55,947 bases of DNA from Candidatus Pacearchaeota archaeon (lineage in GTDB: Archaea > Nanobdellota > Nanobdellia > Pacearchaeales > GW2011-AR1): positions 1 through 55,947 of the forward strand of contig NZDU01000040.1 in assembly GCA_002688875.1 (NCBI GenBank). Reading direction: 5' to 3'. A program made the position numbers and the translations under genes. Positions 27,378-36,220 of this stretch are shown piece by piece; the stretch's first letter is position 1; each line of letters starts with the position of its first letter. Under the pieces are notes generated by a model that was not told where the DNA came from, ran no database searches, and was given only the letters and a program-made list of their open reading frames with translations.

Positions 27378-27397
27378 AAGAGAGTTAGTTTTATAAA
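27378..27397 (+). promoter_or_regulatory. Promoter block AAGAGAGTTAGTTTTATAAA (BRE/TATA) for RNase P RNA
   Basis: Identical 20-mer at 35998-36017 upstream of tRNA-Tyr. It ends 23 nt before the predicted RNA 5' end. Confidence 0.6.
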
Positions 27398-27419
27398 GCA
27401 ATAATTTCTATATTTTAAG

Positions 27420-27810
27420 AGTAGGTAACAGACCGACTAATCGGAAACTTTTCAAACCGATTCCATTAGTGATTCACAATAAAAACTAAGATCATCGTGG
27501 AACATGAAAAGTTGCTGAGGAAAGTCCACACACAAAAAAAGGCTATTCCTGAAAGGGAGTTTCAGAAATGAAAGGCAACCACGCAGAAACGACACGGCTT
27601 ATTGATGTGATGATGTTCACGAAATCTCCAGTGATGGGGACGAGAACTAACTGAATATATCAATAAGAAACGATGAAACGGTGAGTCCTGGCTTGTGCAA
27701 GTCTGTAAGACGCATAGTTGAATGGTCGGAACCTTTTTTAGGAAAAAAGCTTCACCAGAAAATGAAGCAAATCTAAAAGGTTAACAGAATGTGGCTTACT
27801 GTTGCCTACT
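27420..27810 (+). ncRNA. rnpB: RNase P RNA
   Basis: CR-I GAGGAAAGTCC at 27517-27527. CR-V ACAGAATGTGGCTTAC at 27784-27799. P1 pairing of AGTAGGTAACAG (27420-27431) with CTGTTGCCTACT (27799-27810). No ORF is present. Confidence 0.8.
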
Positions 27811-27858
27811 TCCATTTTTAAAAAAGTGGAGTCAAAACAAAGAAAGGAAAAATAGAAA

Positions 27859-28011
27859 ATGGCAGATGAAAAAATACAAATGCCTTCAGGTATTGGGGGA
27901 TTAGTAAGGTATTTTGATGATTATAAGAGTAAAATAGAGATACCCAATATGGTTTTTATTGCGTTTTGTGTGTTAGTTATTATATTTTACTTATATTTAC
28001 ACTTTAGATAA
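27859..28011 (+). CDS. secG: Preprotein translocase subunit Sec61 beta
   Basis: Hand-translated 50 aa: MADEKIQMPSGIGGLVRYFDDYKSKIEIPNMVFIAFCVLVIIFYLYLHFR. It has the G(L)xRYFD motif and a C-terminal TM anchor. Confidence 0.7.
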   Translation: MADEKIQMPSGIGGLVRYFDDYKSKIEIPNMVFIAFCVLVIIFYLYLHFR

Positions 28012-28038
28012 AAAATGATACCTGGAATGAATCTTAAA

Positions 28039-28407
28039 TTAGAGTAATAATTCTTTGAATTCCTTGTAATTGGGATAGTCTTTTAGCAATTCTTTGCCTT
28101 TTGTTGTGATTTTTAGTTGATTAAATTTGCCTTGTTTTCCAATTTTTGAAATATAAGCTTGTGAGATTAATTTTCCTATTGTATTTGATACTGTTTTACG
28201 TTTTTTATTTGAATTTTTTATTATATCATTTATAGCGAAGTTACCTTTTTGTTGTTCTATTTGTAGTCCTTGTAATAAATAATAAATAAGACTTAGTTTT
28301 TTGGGTAGATGTAATCCATATTTTCTAATCGAATATGAAATGTTCTTCTTTTTATAAGGGATAGAGATGTCTTCTTTAACTAAATTATAAAATTTTTTGA
28401 CATCCTG
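28039..28407 (-). pseudogene. Winged-helix regulator-like ORF lacking an in-frame start codon
   Basis: Open frame of about 120 codons (..KYGLHLPKKLSLIYYLLQGLQIEQQKGNFAINDII...ISKIGKQGKFNQLKITTKGKELL) with no ATG, GTG or TTG. The nearby ATG at 28401-28403 is out of frame across an A6T4 run. Confidence 0.4.
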
Positions 28408-28442
28408 TCAATGATAGAAACACTCTTGAATCCTTTGTAGAT

Positions 28443-28988
28443 ATGTCAGAAGATGCTGAAGGTGCCCCTCTTTATAAAGGAAGAGATGCACCCGGTTTTG
28501 GCGCAATTTCTTTAGAGGAGTTAGGAGACTCTGGCCAAATCCTTTCCGCTGAAGATTTTGTTCAGAGCAAACTTGCAAGAGTTATTGAACATACTAGTGA
28601 TGCTACGGCTAAAAATACCGGCAATTTACTTAAGTCTCTAGAATGTGGGCATGTTCATATATCTTTTTCTAATTTTCTATATGAACACGAGATTTTATGT
28701 GAAGATTATCTTGGATCTGAAAGAAATGAACGTTATAATAGATGCTATGATGAATGTATAACAAAGGGGTTTACTTCCGAGGAAGCATCCTTACTCGCTC
28801 ATATACACTCAATCGAACCAAAGAATATAAAGGTCAAAAAAGGGAGCATAAGAGACACTATGATGGGATTGAAAGTTTTATATTATAACATTAGCAAAAC
28901 AGGGGAGGGAAAAACCCTCTGTGTTGACATTGTGGAGCCGAATGGGAGAACGGATAAAGGCTCCACTTTTGGGATACTAGACTCTTGA
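28443..28988 (+). CDS. Hypothetical protein (181 aa), visibly GC-richer than its neighbours
   Basis: Track ORF with no recognisable motif. Confidence 0.45.
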   Translation: MSEDAEGAPLYKGRDAPGFGAISLEELGDSGQILSAEDFVQSKLARVIEHTSDATAKNTGNLLKSLECGHVHISFSNFLYEHEILCEDYLGSERNERYNRCYDECITKGFTSEEASLLAHIHSIEPKNIKVKKGSIRDTMMGLKVLYYNISKTGEGKTLCVDIVEPNGRTDKGSTFGILDS

Positions 28989-29068
28989 TAAAGTTTTAAC
29001 TATACCCCTTAGACTTTACATTACATAAAAAAGTTAATTTTATAAAACCTCTTTCTTAGTTTTTATTT

Positions 29069-29398
29069 ATGTTACCAAATATTAATCCCAAGAAAATGCA
29101 GAAAATGATGAAAAGTCTTGGTATGAAACAGGAAGAGATAGAAGCTTCTGAGGTTATAATTAAATGTCCTGATAAAGAACTTGTTATTAGAAATCCAAGT
29201 GTGCAGAAAGTAAATATGATGGGGCAAGAATCTTTACAAATAAGTGGGGATATTGAAGAAAAATCTATTGAAAGTTTTAGTGAAGAGGATATTAAAATGG
29301 TTTCTGAACAAACAGAGTGTAGTGAAGAGGAAGCTAGAGAAAGTTTAGAGAAAAATGAGGGCGATATTGCTAAATCGATTCTAGAATTGAAGAAATAA
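29069..29398 (+). CDS. nac: Nascent polypeptide-associated complex protein (NAC + UBA)
   Basis: N-terminal PKKMQKMMKSLGM, a NAC beta-barrel region, and a C-terminal UBA-like EEEARESLEKNEGDIAKSILELK. Confidence 0.85.
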   Translation: MLPNINPKKMQKMMKSLGMKQEEIEASEVIIKCPDKELVIRNPSVQKVNMMGQESLQISGDIEEKSIESFSEEDIKMVSEQTECSEEEARESLEKNEGDIAKSILELKK

Positions 29399-29443
29399 TG
29401 AAGTATATAAATGCTTAAAAATTTTGACTTTTTTTAATATTAT

Positions 29444-29908
29444 ATGGAACTGCATGAAATTCATTTAAAGAAAGCAATCAATTTCTTTAAGACAGCAGAC
29501 CATTTAGTATATGTGACTATGCCTGTGGTGAATGATAATAAGCTGTTTATAACTGTTTTAGATAATATTCATATGGCTTTAGAGAATGGAATGAATGCGG
29601 TTTTAGAGTATGAGAGGTTGTATAAGCGGATTATGCCTTTAGCAGATAATTTTGAGAGTAGATTTGAGGTCTTTAAAAGAATGGTTGGAAAGCATGGTTT
29701 TATAAATGACGATGTTATAATAATAAAGGAGTTAAAGAGGTTTATAGAAGACAGAAAGGAGGCTCCTGTGGAGTTTACAAGGTCAGATAAATTCGTAATT
29801 TGTTCAGATGATTACCGAATGAAGACCATTTCAATCGAGGAAATAAAGAAATATTTATCAATAACAAAGAATTTCTTATTGAAAATTAATAAAATAGTGA
29901 AAAAATGA
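29444..29908 (+). CDS. Helical hypothetical protein, paralog a (ADHL[VI]YV motif)
   Basis: 154 aa with an ATGA overlap to the next gene. Shares KxADHLxYVx...L motifs with 29905..30375. Confidence 0.5.
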   Translation: MELHEIHLKKAINFFKTADHLVYVTMPVVNDNKLFITVLDNIHMALENGMNAVLEYERLYKRIMPLADNFESRFEVFKRMVGKHGFINDDVIIIKELKRFIEDRKEAPVEFTRSDKFVICSDDYRMKTISIEEIKKYLSITKNFLLKINKIVKK

Positions 29909-30375
29909 TTGAAGAAGATAAGAATTATGATGGTGTTGACGAAGAACTCAAGCGTGCGGATCACTTGATTTACGTTTCTTTGAAATATACACGAACAGTA
30001 GATGTGATTTTAAGTGTGATTGCGCGTTTAATTAGTGTGCAGGAGAGTTTAATTGATATTTTATTGGAGTTTTTAGAGAAAAAGAAGGGAGTAAAAGATA
30101 TCAATATGGGAAAACCCTATTTGATCAAGATTAAATGGGTGAGAGAAGGATTTAAGAAAGATGTAAATGTGAATGAATTACTGGATTTTTATGAATTATT
30201 AATTAAAATAATGAAATCAGAGCATATTAAAAAAGGAGAATTTAGAAAAGGTTTAATGTTAATTGCGCAAGATAAAAGTGCAGAGGTAGTTGCGGAAGTA
30301 AATGTGGATGTGCTAAAGGAATATTATAAAAACACTGAAAATTTAGTTAAAAAAATACAAAAAATAGTAAAATGA
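29905..30375 (+). CDS. Helical hypothetical protein, paralog b
   Basis: 156 aa with ATGA overlaps on both sides. Confidence 0.5.
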   Translation: MIEEDKNYDGVDEELKRADHLIYVSLKYTRTVDVILSVIARLISVQESLIDILLEFLEKKKGVKDINMGKPYLIKIKWVREGFKKDVNVNELLDFYELLIKIMKSEHIKKGEFRKGLMLIAQDKSAEVVAEVNVDVLKEYYKNTENLVKKIQKIVK

Positions 30376-31166
30376 CAAAAGTGGTGTGTTGTATTTCTGG
30401 AAAAGGAGGTGTAGGTAAGAGTACTACAGCTATAAATTTAGGATTGGCTTTGCACCAATATGGTAAAAATACAGCTGTGTTGGATGCGAATTTAACCACA
30501 CCTAATGTGGGGGTTTATTTAGGGGTGCCTAAGGTGCCTGTAACTATACACCATGTTTTAAATGATAATAGAAAGAAGTTAAATAAGGCCATCTATGAAC
30601 ATAATTCTGGGCTTAAAGTAATCCCTGGGGATTTATCTGTGGGGAAGTTAAATAATTTAAAAATTGATAAATTAAAAAGTGTTGTAGCAGATGTGGAAGG
30701 ATTATTAGATTATTTAGTTTTGGATGGAGCTGCTGGTTTGGGTAAAGAAGCTGCGAGTGCTTTAGATGCATGTGATAGCGTGTTAATTGTGACTAATCCG
30801 GAATTGGCAGCTGTGACAGATGCTTTGAAAACTGTGGAAGTAGTTAAGAAAATGAGAAAACAAGTTCTGGGAGTTGTGTTAACTAGGAGTAGGAAAGATG
30901 ATGTAGATTTGGGTATAAAAGAAGTAGAAGAAATGTTAGAGTATCCCATACTTGGGATGATTCCCGAAGATAAGAATATTAGGAAAGCCAGTAGTAAAGG
31001 ATTTCCAATATTACATAAATACCCTAATTCAGAAGCTTCTATTGGTTATAAAAAATTAGCAGCTAAATTATTGGGTGAAGAATATATAGATATGACCCCC
31101 CCTATTAAGAAAAAAGAGCATCTGATTCGAGATTTATTAAGGGTGTTTGGATTTAAGTCTAGATAA
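30372..31166 (+). CDS. minD: MinD/ParA-family P-loop ATPase
   Basis: Deviant Walker A SGKGGVGKST and Walker B YLVLDGAAG. Confidence 0.85.
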   Translation: MTKVVCCISGKGGVGKSTTAINLGLALHQYGKNTAVLDANLTTPNVGVYLGVPKVPVTIHHVLNDNRKKLNKAIYEHNSGLKVIPGDLSVGKLNNLKIDKLKSVVADVEGLLDYLVLDGAAGLGKEAASALDACDSVLIVTNPELAAVTDALKTVEVVKKMRKQVLGVVLTRSRKDDVDLGIKEVEEMLEYPILGMIPEDKNIRKASSKGFPILHKYPNSEASIGYKKLAAKLLGEEYIDMTPPIKKKEHLIRDLLRVFGFKSR

Positions 31167-31204
31167 TATAAATCTTTATTAATTTTCTATTTTGAATTTT
31201 TATT

Positions 31205-32380
31205 ATGAAATTTGGACATATGGCAGATTGTCATGTTGGGGGGTGGAGAGACCAGAAATTGAATGATCTAAGTTTGGAATATTTTAAAGAAGCTATTAAG
31301 ATTTGTTTAAAAGAGAATGTAGGTTTTGTGTTGATTTCGGGAGATTTATTTGATACTGCTTTGCCTGGAACAGATTTAATTAAGGAAGTGGCTGGAGAAT
31401 TGAATAGATTAAAGGAAGGTAATGTGGATGTGTATTTGGTGCCTGGAAGTCATGACTTTTCTCCTTCTGGTAAAACTGTGTTGGATGTATTTGAGAAATC
31501 CGGATTGTGTGTTAATGTAAATACTTATGAGGATGGAAAGTTAAAGTTTTTTGAGGACAAAACAGGGGTTAAATTAACAGGGGTTTTAGGAAGGAGAGGG
31601 GGATTGGAAAAAGAGGATTATATTAAATTAGATAAAGAGTATTTAGAAAAGGAAGAAGGGTTTAAGATATTCTTATTTCATACTGCTTTAGAGGAATTTA
31701 AACCTCATGATCTTGAGAAAGTAGAATGCATGAGTTTTGCTAGTCTTCCGAGAAATTTTAATTATTATGCAGGGGGGCATGTACATTATATTTATGATGT
31801 TGTAAAGGAAGGATATGGTAAGATCGTATATCCCGGTCCTTTATTTCCAAATAATTTTAAAGAGATTGAGGAATTGAAAAAAGGAGGATTTTATGTTGTA
31901 GATGAAAAATTAAATTTATTTAGAAAAGATATTGAATTAAAGAAAGTTTTGAGTTTTTCTATTTCTGGAACAATTTCAAGAGAAATTAACGCTCAAATAG
32001 AAAACATAATTGAGAATGAGAATTTTTCTGATAAGATTGTGACTTTAAGAATTTCTGGAGAATTAGAAGAAGGGAAAGTGAGTGATGTTAAAGTTAAGAA
32101 TTATGTTAAAAGGATGGAGGAGAAGGGGGCTTTTTTTGTGATGAAGAATTTGAATAAATTAAAATTAAAGGAGTTTAGTGAAATTAAATTAGAAGGAGAA
32201 GTTAAGGATATTGAAGAATCTTTAATTAAAGAACATCTAGGGCAATTTAAAATTGAGAATGAGAAAGAATTGACTGATGAATTGATTGGTGTTTTTTCTG
32301 AAGAGAAATTAGAAGGAGAAACTAATACTACTTTTGAGAATAGGGTGATAAATATGGCTTTAAAGATTTTAAAATTATGA
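31205..32380 (+). CDS. mre11: DNA double-strand break repair nuclease Mre11
   Basis: Phosphoesterase motifs MADCHVG, SGDLFD, GSHD and GGHVH. Confidence 0.85.
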   Translation: MKFGHMADCHVGGWRDQKLNDLSLEYFKEAIKICLKENVGFVLISGDLFDTALPGTDLIKEVAGELNRLKEGNVDVYLVPGSHDFSPSGKTVLDVFEKSGLCVNVNTYEDGKLKFFEDKTGVKLTGVLGRRGGLEKEDYIKLDKEYLEKEEGFKIFLFHTALEEFKPHDLEKVECMSFASLPRNFNYYAGGHVHYIYDVVKEGYGKIVYPGPLFPNNFKEIEELKKGGFYVVDEKLNLFRKDIELKKVLSFSISGTISREINAQIENIIENENFSDKIVTLRISGELEEGKVSDVKVKNYVKRMEEKGAFFVMKNLNKLKLKEFSEIKLEGEVKDIEESLIKEHLGQFKIENEKELTDELIGVFSEEKLEGETNTTFENRVINMALKILKL

Positions 32381-34431
32381 TACTGAATAAAATAAAACTG
32401 GAAAATATTCGAAGTTATACTAGTCAAGAAGTGAGGTTTCCAGAAGGTTCTGTATTGTTAAGTGGAGATATTGGATCGGGAAAAAGTTCGGTTTTATTAG
32501 CTGTGGAGTTTGCTCTATTTGGTTTGGAAAAAGGAGGTGGAGTGGGACTATTAAAAAACGGTCAGGATTCTGGAAGTGTAGAATTATATTTTGATTTAGA
32601 TGATAAAGAAATAGTAATTAAAAGAACTTTGAAAAGGTCTAATAAAAGTGTGAGCCAGGATGCGGGTTATATTATCCTAAATGGGAAGAAAGAAGAAGGA
32701 ACCGCTACAGAATTAAAAACCAAAGTTTTGAAATTATTGAATTACCCCAAAGATTATTTGACTAAATCTAAAGGTTTGATTTACAAATACACGGTTTATA
32801 CTCCTCAGGAAGAGATGAAAAGAATTCTAATGGAAAATAAAGAAAGTAGATTAGAGGTTTTAAGGAGGGTGTTTGATATTGATAAATATAAAAGGATTCA
32901 AGAAAATTCTAACAGTTTTTTAAAATATTTAAGAAGTGAAAATAAGGTTTATGAAGAAAGATTGAAAGATATGGATGTTAAAAAGGGAGAGAAGAAAGAA
33001 AAGGAAGGAGAATTGGAAGAGAATAAGAAAATATTAGAAGATATTAAAAAAGAATTGGAAAATGTAAAGAAAGAGGTGGAGGATAAAAGAAAAGATGTAA
33101 GTGTTTTTGAAGATAAGGTTAAGGACTTAAATGAATTAAAAAATCAGATTTCTTTAATTGAGAATAGTTATGGACATAAAGCAAATGAGAAAAAAAGAAT
33201 AGAAGAGAAAATTGAAGAATTGAGATTAGAAGTTAAAGAAGTGCAAGAGGGAAACTTTGAAGATCTAAGAAAAGAATATGATTTCAAAATTGATGTGGTA
33301 AAAAAGAATATTGGAGAATTTGAAGGTAATTTGGAGGAAACTAGGGGGAAATTAAGTGGATTTAAAGCTAAAGAAAATCATGCGTGCGAGGTTAAGGATA
33401 GTATAAAAGATTTGGATAAATGTCCAACTTGTTTTCAAGAGGTGAAGCAAGAGTATAAGGATGTGATTTTCAAAAGTCAAGATGAATTAATTATTAAGAT
33501 TAAAGAAGATGTAGAGACTCTATTAAAAATAGAAGAGGAATATAGGGCGGGATTGTTAAAAAATAGAGAAAAATTAGAGAGTTTAAATAAAAAATTAAGT
33601 GAGATTGATTTAGAGAGGGTTAAGTTTGAAAACAATCAAAAGAAGAAAGATGAATTGATTAAAAATGAAACAATTTTAAGAGATTTGAACAGGGAGATTC
33701 TTAGATTAGAAGATGATAAAAAGAAAATTTCTGAGGAGTTAGAGAAAATCAAAGACGTGGAGGAAGATTATAATAAATTAAAACAAGAATTAGATTCTAA
33801 ATTAAACAAAGAAAAAGAAATTGAGATTAAAAAGTCTGGGATAGAGGAGAAAAGAAGATTCTATTTGGAAAGTGTAGGAAGATTAGATTTCGAAATTAAG
33901 AAATTAGAAGAATTAAAATTAAAATTGGGTAAGATAAAAAATATTGAGGATTTTTTGGATAAACATTTTTTGAATTTAATGGGGATAATTGAGAAGAATG
34001 TGATGTTTAAGTTGCATAATGAGTTTAACGAATTATTTAAGAAATGGTTCGGGATATTGAATGAAGGCATTAATGTGGTTTTGGATGAAGAATTTAGTCC
34101 TTTGATTACCCAAGACGGTTACAATATTGAATATTCGGATTTATCTGGAGGGGAAAGGACGGCTGTAGCATTAGCATATAGATTAAGTTTGAATCAAGTT
34201 ATTAATAATCTAATTGGAGAGGTTAAAACTAAGGATTTATTGATATTGGATGAACCTACCGAAGGTTTTAGTACAGAGCAGTTGGATAGAGTTAGGGTAG
34301 TATTGGATGAATTAGATATTAAGCAGATTATAATTGTGAGTCATGAAGCTAAAGTAGAGAGTTTTGTAGATAATATTTTAAAGTTTGAGAAAAAGAATGG
34401 AATAAGTGGGGCTGTGGGCCAATCTGGTTAA
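32377..34431 (+). CDS. rad50: DNA repair ATPase Rad50
   Basis: Walker A GDIGSGKSS, long coiled coil with zinc hook CPTC, signature LSGGE, Walker B LLILDEPT, and VSHE. The last ~8 codons read into the tRNA gene. Confidence 0.9.
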   Translation: MILNKIKLENIRSYTSQEVRFPEGSVLLSGDIGSGKSSVLLAVEFALFGLEKGGGVGLLKNGQDSGSVELYFDLDDKEIVIKRTLKRSNKSVSQDAGYIILNGKKEEGTATELKTKVLKLLNYPKDYLTKSKGLIYKYTVYTPQEEMKRILMENKESRLEVLRRVFDIDKYKRIQENSNSFLKYLRSENKVYEERLKDMDVKKGEKKEKEGELEENKKILEDIKKELENVKKEVEDKRKDVSVFEDKVKDLNELKNQISLIENSYGHKANEKKRIEEKIEELRLEVKEVQEGNFEDLRKEYDFKIDVVKKNIGEFEGNLEETRGKLSGFKAKENHACEVKDSIKDLDKCPTCFQEVKQEYKDVIFKSQDELIIKIKEDVETLLKIEEEYRAGLLKNREKLESLNKKLSEIDLERVKFENNQKKKDELIKNETILRDLNREILRLEDDKKKISEELEKIKDVEEDYNKLKQELDSKLNKEKEIEIKKSGIEEKRRFYLESVGRLDFEIKKLEELKLKLGKIKNIEDFLDKHFLNLMGIIEKNVMFKLHNEFNELFKKWFGILNEGINVVLDEEFSPLITQDGYNIEYSDLSGGERTAVALAYRLSLNQVINNLIGEVKTKDLLILDEPTEGFSTEQLDRVRVVLDELDIKQIIIVSHEAKVESFVDNILKFEKKNGISGAVGQSG
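34374..34382 (+). promoter_or_regulatory. TATA box candidate for the tRNA at 34408
   Basis: ATATTTTAAAG ends 26 nt upstream of tRNA position 1, inside the rad50 3' end. Confidence 0.4.
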
Positions 34432-34520
34432 GCTTCCACCTCGGGGTTCCTGGAGAAAGTCGAAAAGACTATCTATGAAATGGAAAGGTGGCGATCACGA
34501 TTCAAATTCGTGCAGCCCCA
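34408..34520 (+). tRNA. Intron-containing tRNA, most likely tRNA-Pro (GGG or CGG)
   Basis: Perfect acceptor GGGGCTG/CAGCCCC with discriminator A. T-arm CACGA-TTCAAAT-TCGTG. Anticodon stem CCACC/GGTGG enclosing 46 nt that begins TCGGGG. 4-nt variable loop CGAT. Overlaps the rad50 3' end by 24 nt. Confidence 0.65.
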
Positions 34521-34556
34521 AAGTCTCGAAAAATTTAAATAGATTGTTTCAATAAA

Positions 34557-36008
34557 ATGAAATTAATGAAGAAATTAGCTATATTTGCGTTCTTAGTGGT
34601 ACTTTTGAGTATGGGGGTTATGGCTATAGAAGATAGAGATAAAGACGATATAGAAATTACCATAACAACAGAGAATAATCAAATAACAGCTAATGATTTT
34701 GCTATATTTGATGTGGCTGTTGCGAGTAATTTGCTAAGAGACAGTGATTTCTTTATAGCTAAGAATTTTTATAGTGATAAATGGAGAGTAACTGCTGATC
34801 CCTATATTGTAAGTGTGCAGAGTGGATTTAGCAAAAAGACTAGATTAAAAGTGGTGCCTTTGGGATTTTTGGCTCAGGGTAAATATAATCTTATTATAAC
34901 TGTAGAAAGTAGAGATAAAGCGATTATAAAAGAAGTTCCTTTGGAAGTAGAAATTATTCCTTTTGGAGAGGAAAATGTTAAAACTGATTTAATTATCGAT
35001 AGCAAGATAGATCCCCGAAGTGGGACTATTGCAAGAGTCAAATTAGAGAATTTGTTTAATTATGATATAGAAGAAGTGACTATTCTTTTTACAAGTGAAT
35101 TGTTTGATTTTAAGAGGGAAGTTAGCTTGGAAGCGAATGAGATCAAGATAGAGAAATTTAATTTAGAATTTGATGAAACTGTGGAATTAGGAGAATATTT
35201 ATTTAAAGTAAATGTTAAGAGTGGGCATGAAGTTTTAGGAGGAGCTAATAAAAAAATAGAATTGACTTCTTATACTGAAGTGACTGAAAAAGTGTTTAGA
35301 AGTAATAATTTTAATAAGAGAATTATAGTTACTCGAGAGAACACAGGTACAGAAGAGAGTTCAGAGATTGTGAATTTAGAATTAACTAGTTTTGAAAGAT
35401 TTTTAGCTAAATATAGTGATCAACCGGATGAAATTGAGAATGTGGGGGGGAAATATGTGGTGCATTGGATTTTTAATTTAAGTCCGGGAGATAGGAAAGA
35501 TATTGTTGTTACATTACCTTATGGGACTTATTTGGCTATTTTGCTGTTAATTATTGTGTTTATCTATATTGCTTTGTATGTGAGCAGAAAGAAAGTAGTT
35601 TTAATTAAAAGGGTGGCAGATGTACATAAAGATAGAGAGGGAATTAAAGGTATTAAGATAATTTTGCATTTGACTAATAGGGGGAATAAGGCTATACATA
35701 AGATAAGAGTTATTGATTATTTGCCTAAATTGGTGGCTGCCTCAAATAAAGATTTTACAACTATGAGACCGAGTAAGGTTCAGAGAAGTCATGATGGAAG
35801 AATGAGATTGGTTTGGGATTTAGATGGTTTAGATAGGGGTGAAGAAAGAATTATTTCTTATATTGCTAAGTCTAAATTAAGTATAATTGGAAAATTAACC
35901 TTGCCGGATGCAGTTGTTGAGTATCATTCTGGGAAGAAGTATATACATGTGAGGTCTAATAAATTAACTTTATTGACTCAAGCTAGTGAAAAAGAAGAAG
36001 AGAGTTAG
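34557..36008 (+). CDS. Surface/membrane protein (signal peptide, beta-rich ectodomain, one TM, cytoplasmic beta domain)
   Basis: 483 aa with a central TM segment LAILLLIIVFIYIALYV. No catalytic motif seen. Confidence 0.5.
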   Translation: MKLMKKLAIFAFLVVLLSMGVMAIEDRDKDDIEITITTENNQITANDFAIFDVAVASNLLRDSDFFIAKNFYSDKWRVTADPYIVSVQSGFSKKTRLKVVPLGFLAQGKYNLIITVESRDKAIIKEVPLEVEIIPFGEENVKTDLIIDSKIDPRSGTIARVKLENLFNYDIEEVTILFTSELFDFKREVSLEANEIKIEKFNLEFDETVELGEYLFKVNVKSGHEVLGGANKKIELTSYTEVTEKVFRSNNFNKRIIVTRENTGTEESSEIVNLELTSFERFLAKYSDQPDEIENVGGKYVVHWIFNLSPGDRKDIVVTLPYGTYLAILLLIIVFIYIALYVSRKKVVLIKRVADVHKDREGIKGIKIILHLTNRGNKAIHKIRVIDYLPKLVAASNKDFTTMRPSKVQRSHDGRMRLVWDLDGLDRGEERIISYIAKSKLSIIGKLTLPDAVVEYHSGKKYIHVRSNKLTLLTQASEKEEES

Positions 36009-36017
36009 TTTTATAAA
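35998..36017 (+). promoter_or_regulatory. Promoter block AAGAGAGTTAGTTTTATAAA for tRNA-Tyr
   Basis: Identical to 27378-27397. It ends 24 nt before tRNA position 1. Confidence 0.6.
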
Positions 36018-36040
36018 TAAGATTTCTTTGATTTAAATTA

Positions 36041-36162
36041 CCATGCGTAGCTCAATGGTAGAGCATTCGGCTGTAGAAACTTTTGGACGTAGCTAAGATG
36101 CTAAGGATGAATGAGAGTTAGCCGTTACCGAAAGGTTGGCAGTTCAAATCTGCCCGCATGGA
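36041..36162 (+). tRNA. tRNA-Tyr (GUA) with ~50-nt canonical (37/38) intron
   Basis: Acceptor CCATGCG/CGCATGG (C1-G72) with discriminator A. D-arm GCTC-AATGGTA-GAGC. Anticodon stem TTCGG/CCGAA with loop CTGTAG + intron (36077-36126) + A. T-arm GGCAG-TTCAAAT-CTGCC. A T7 run follows. Confidence 0.85.
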
Positions 36163-36220
36163 CTTTTTTTATTTTTATTAAACGACACGTACCCGTAAGC
36201 CTTTTTAAGTAAGAAAATAC

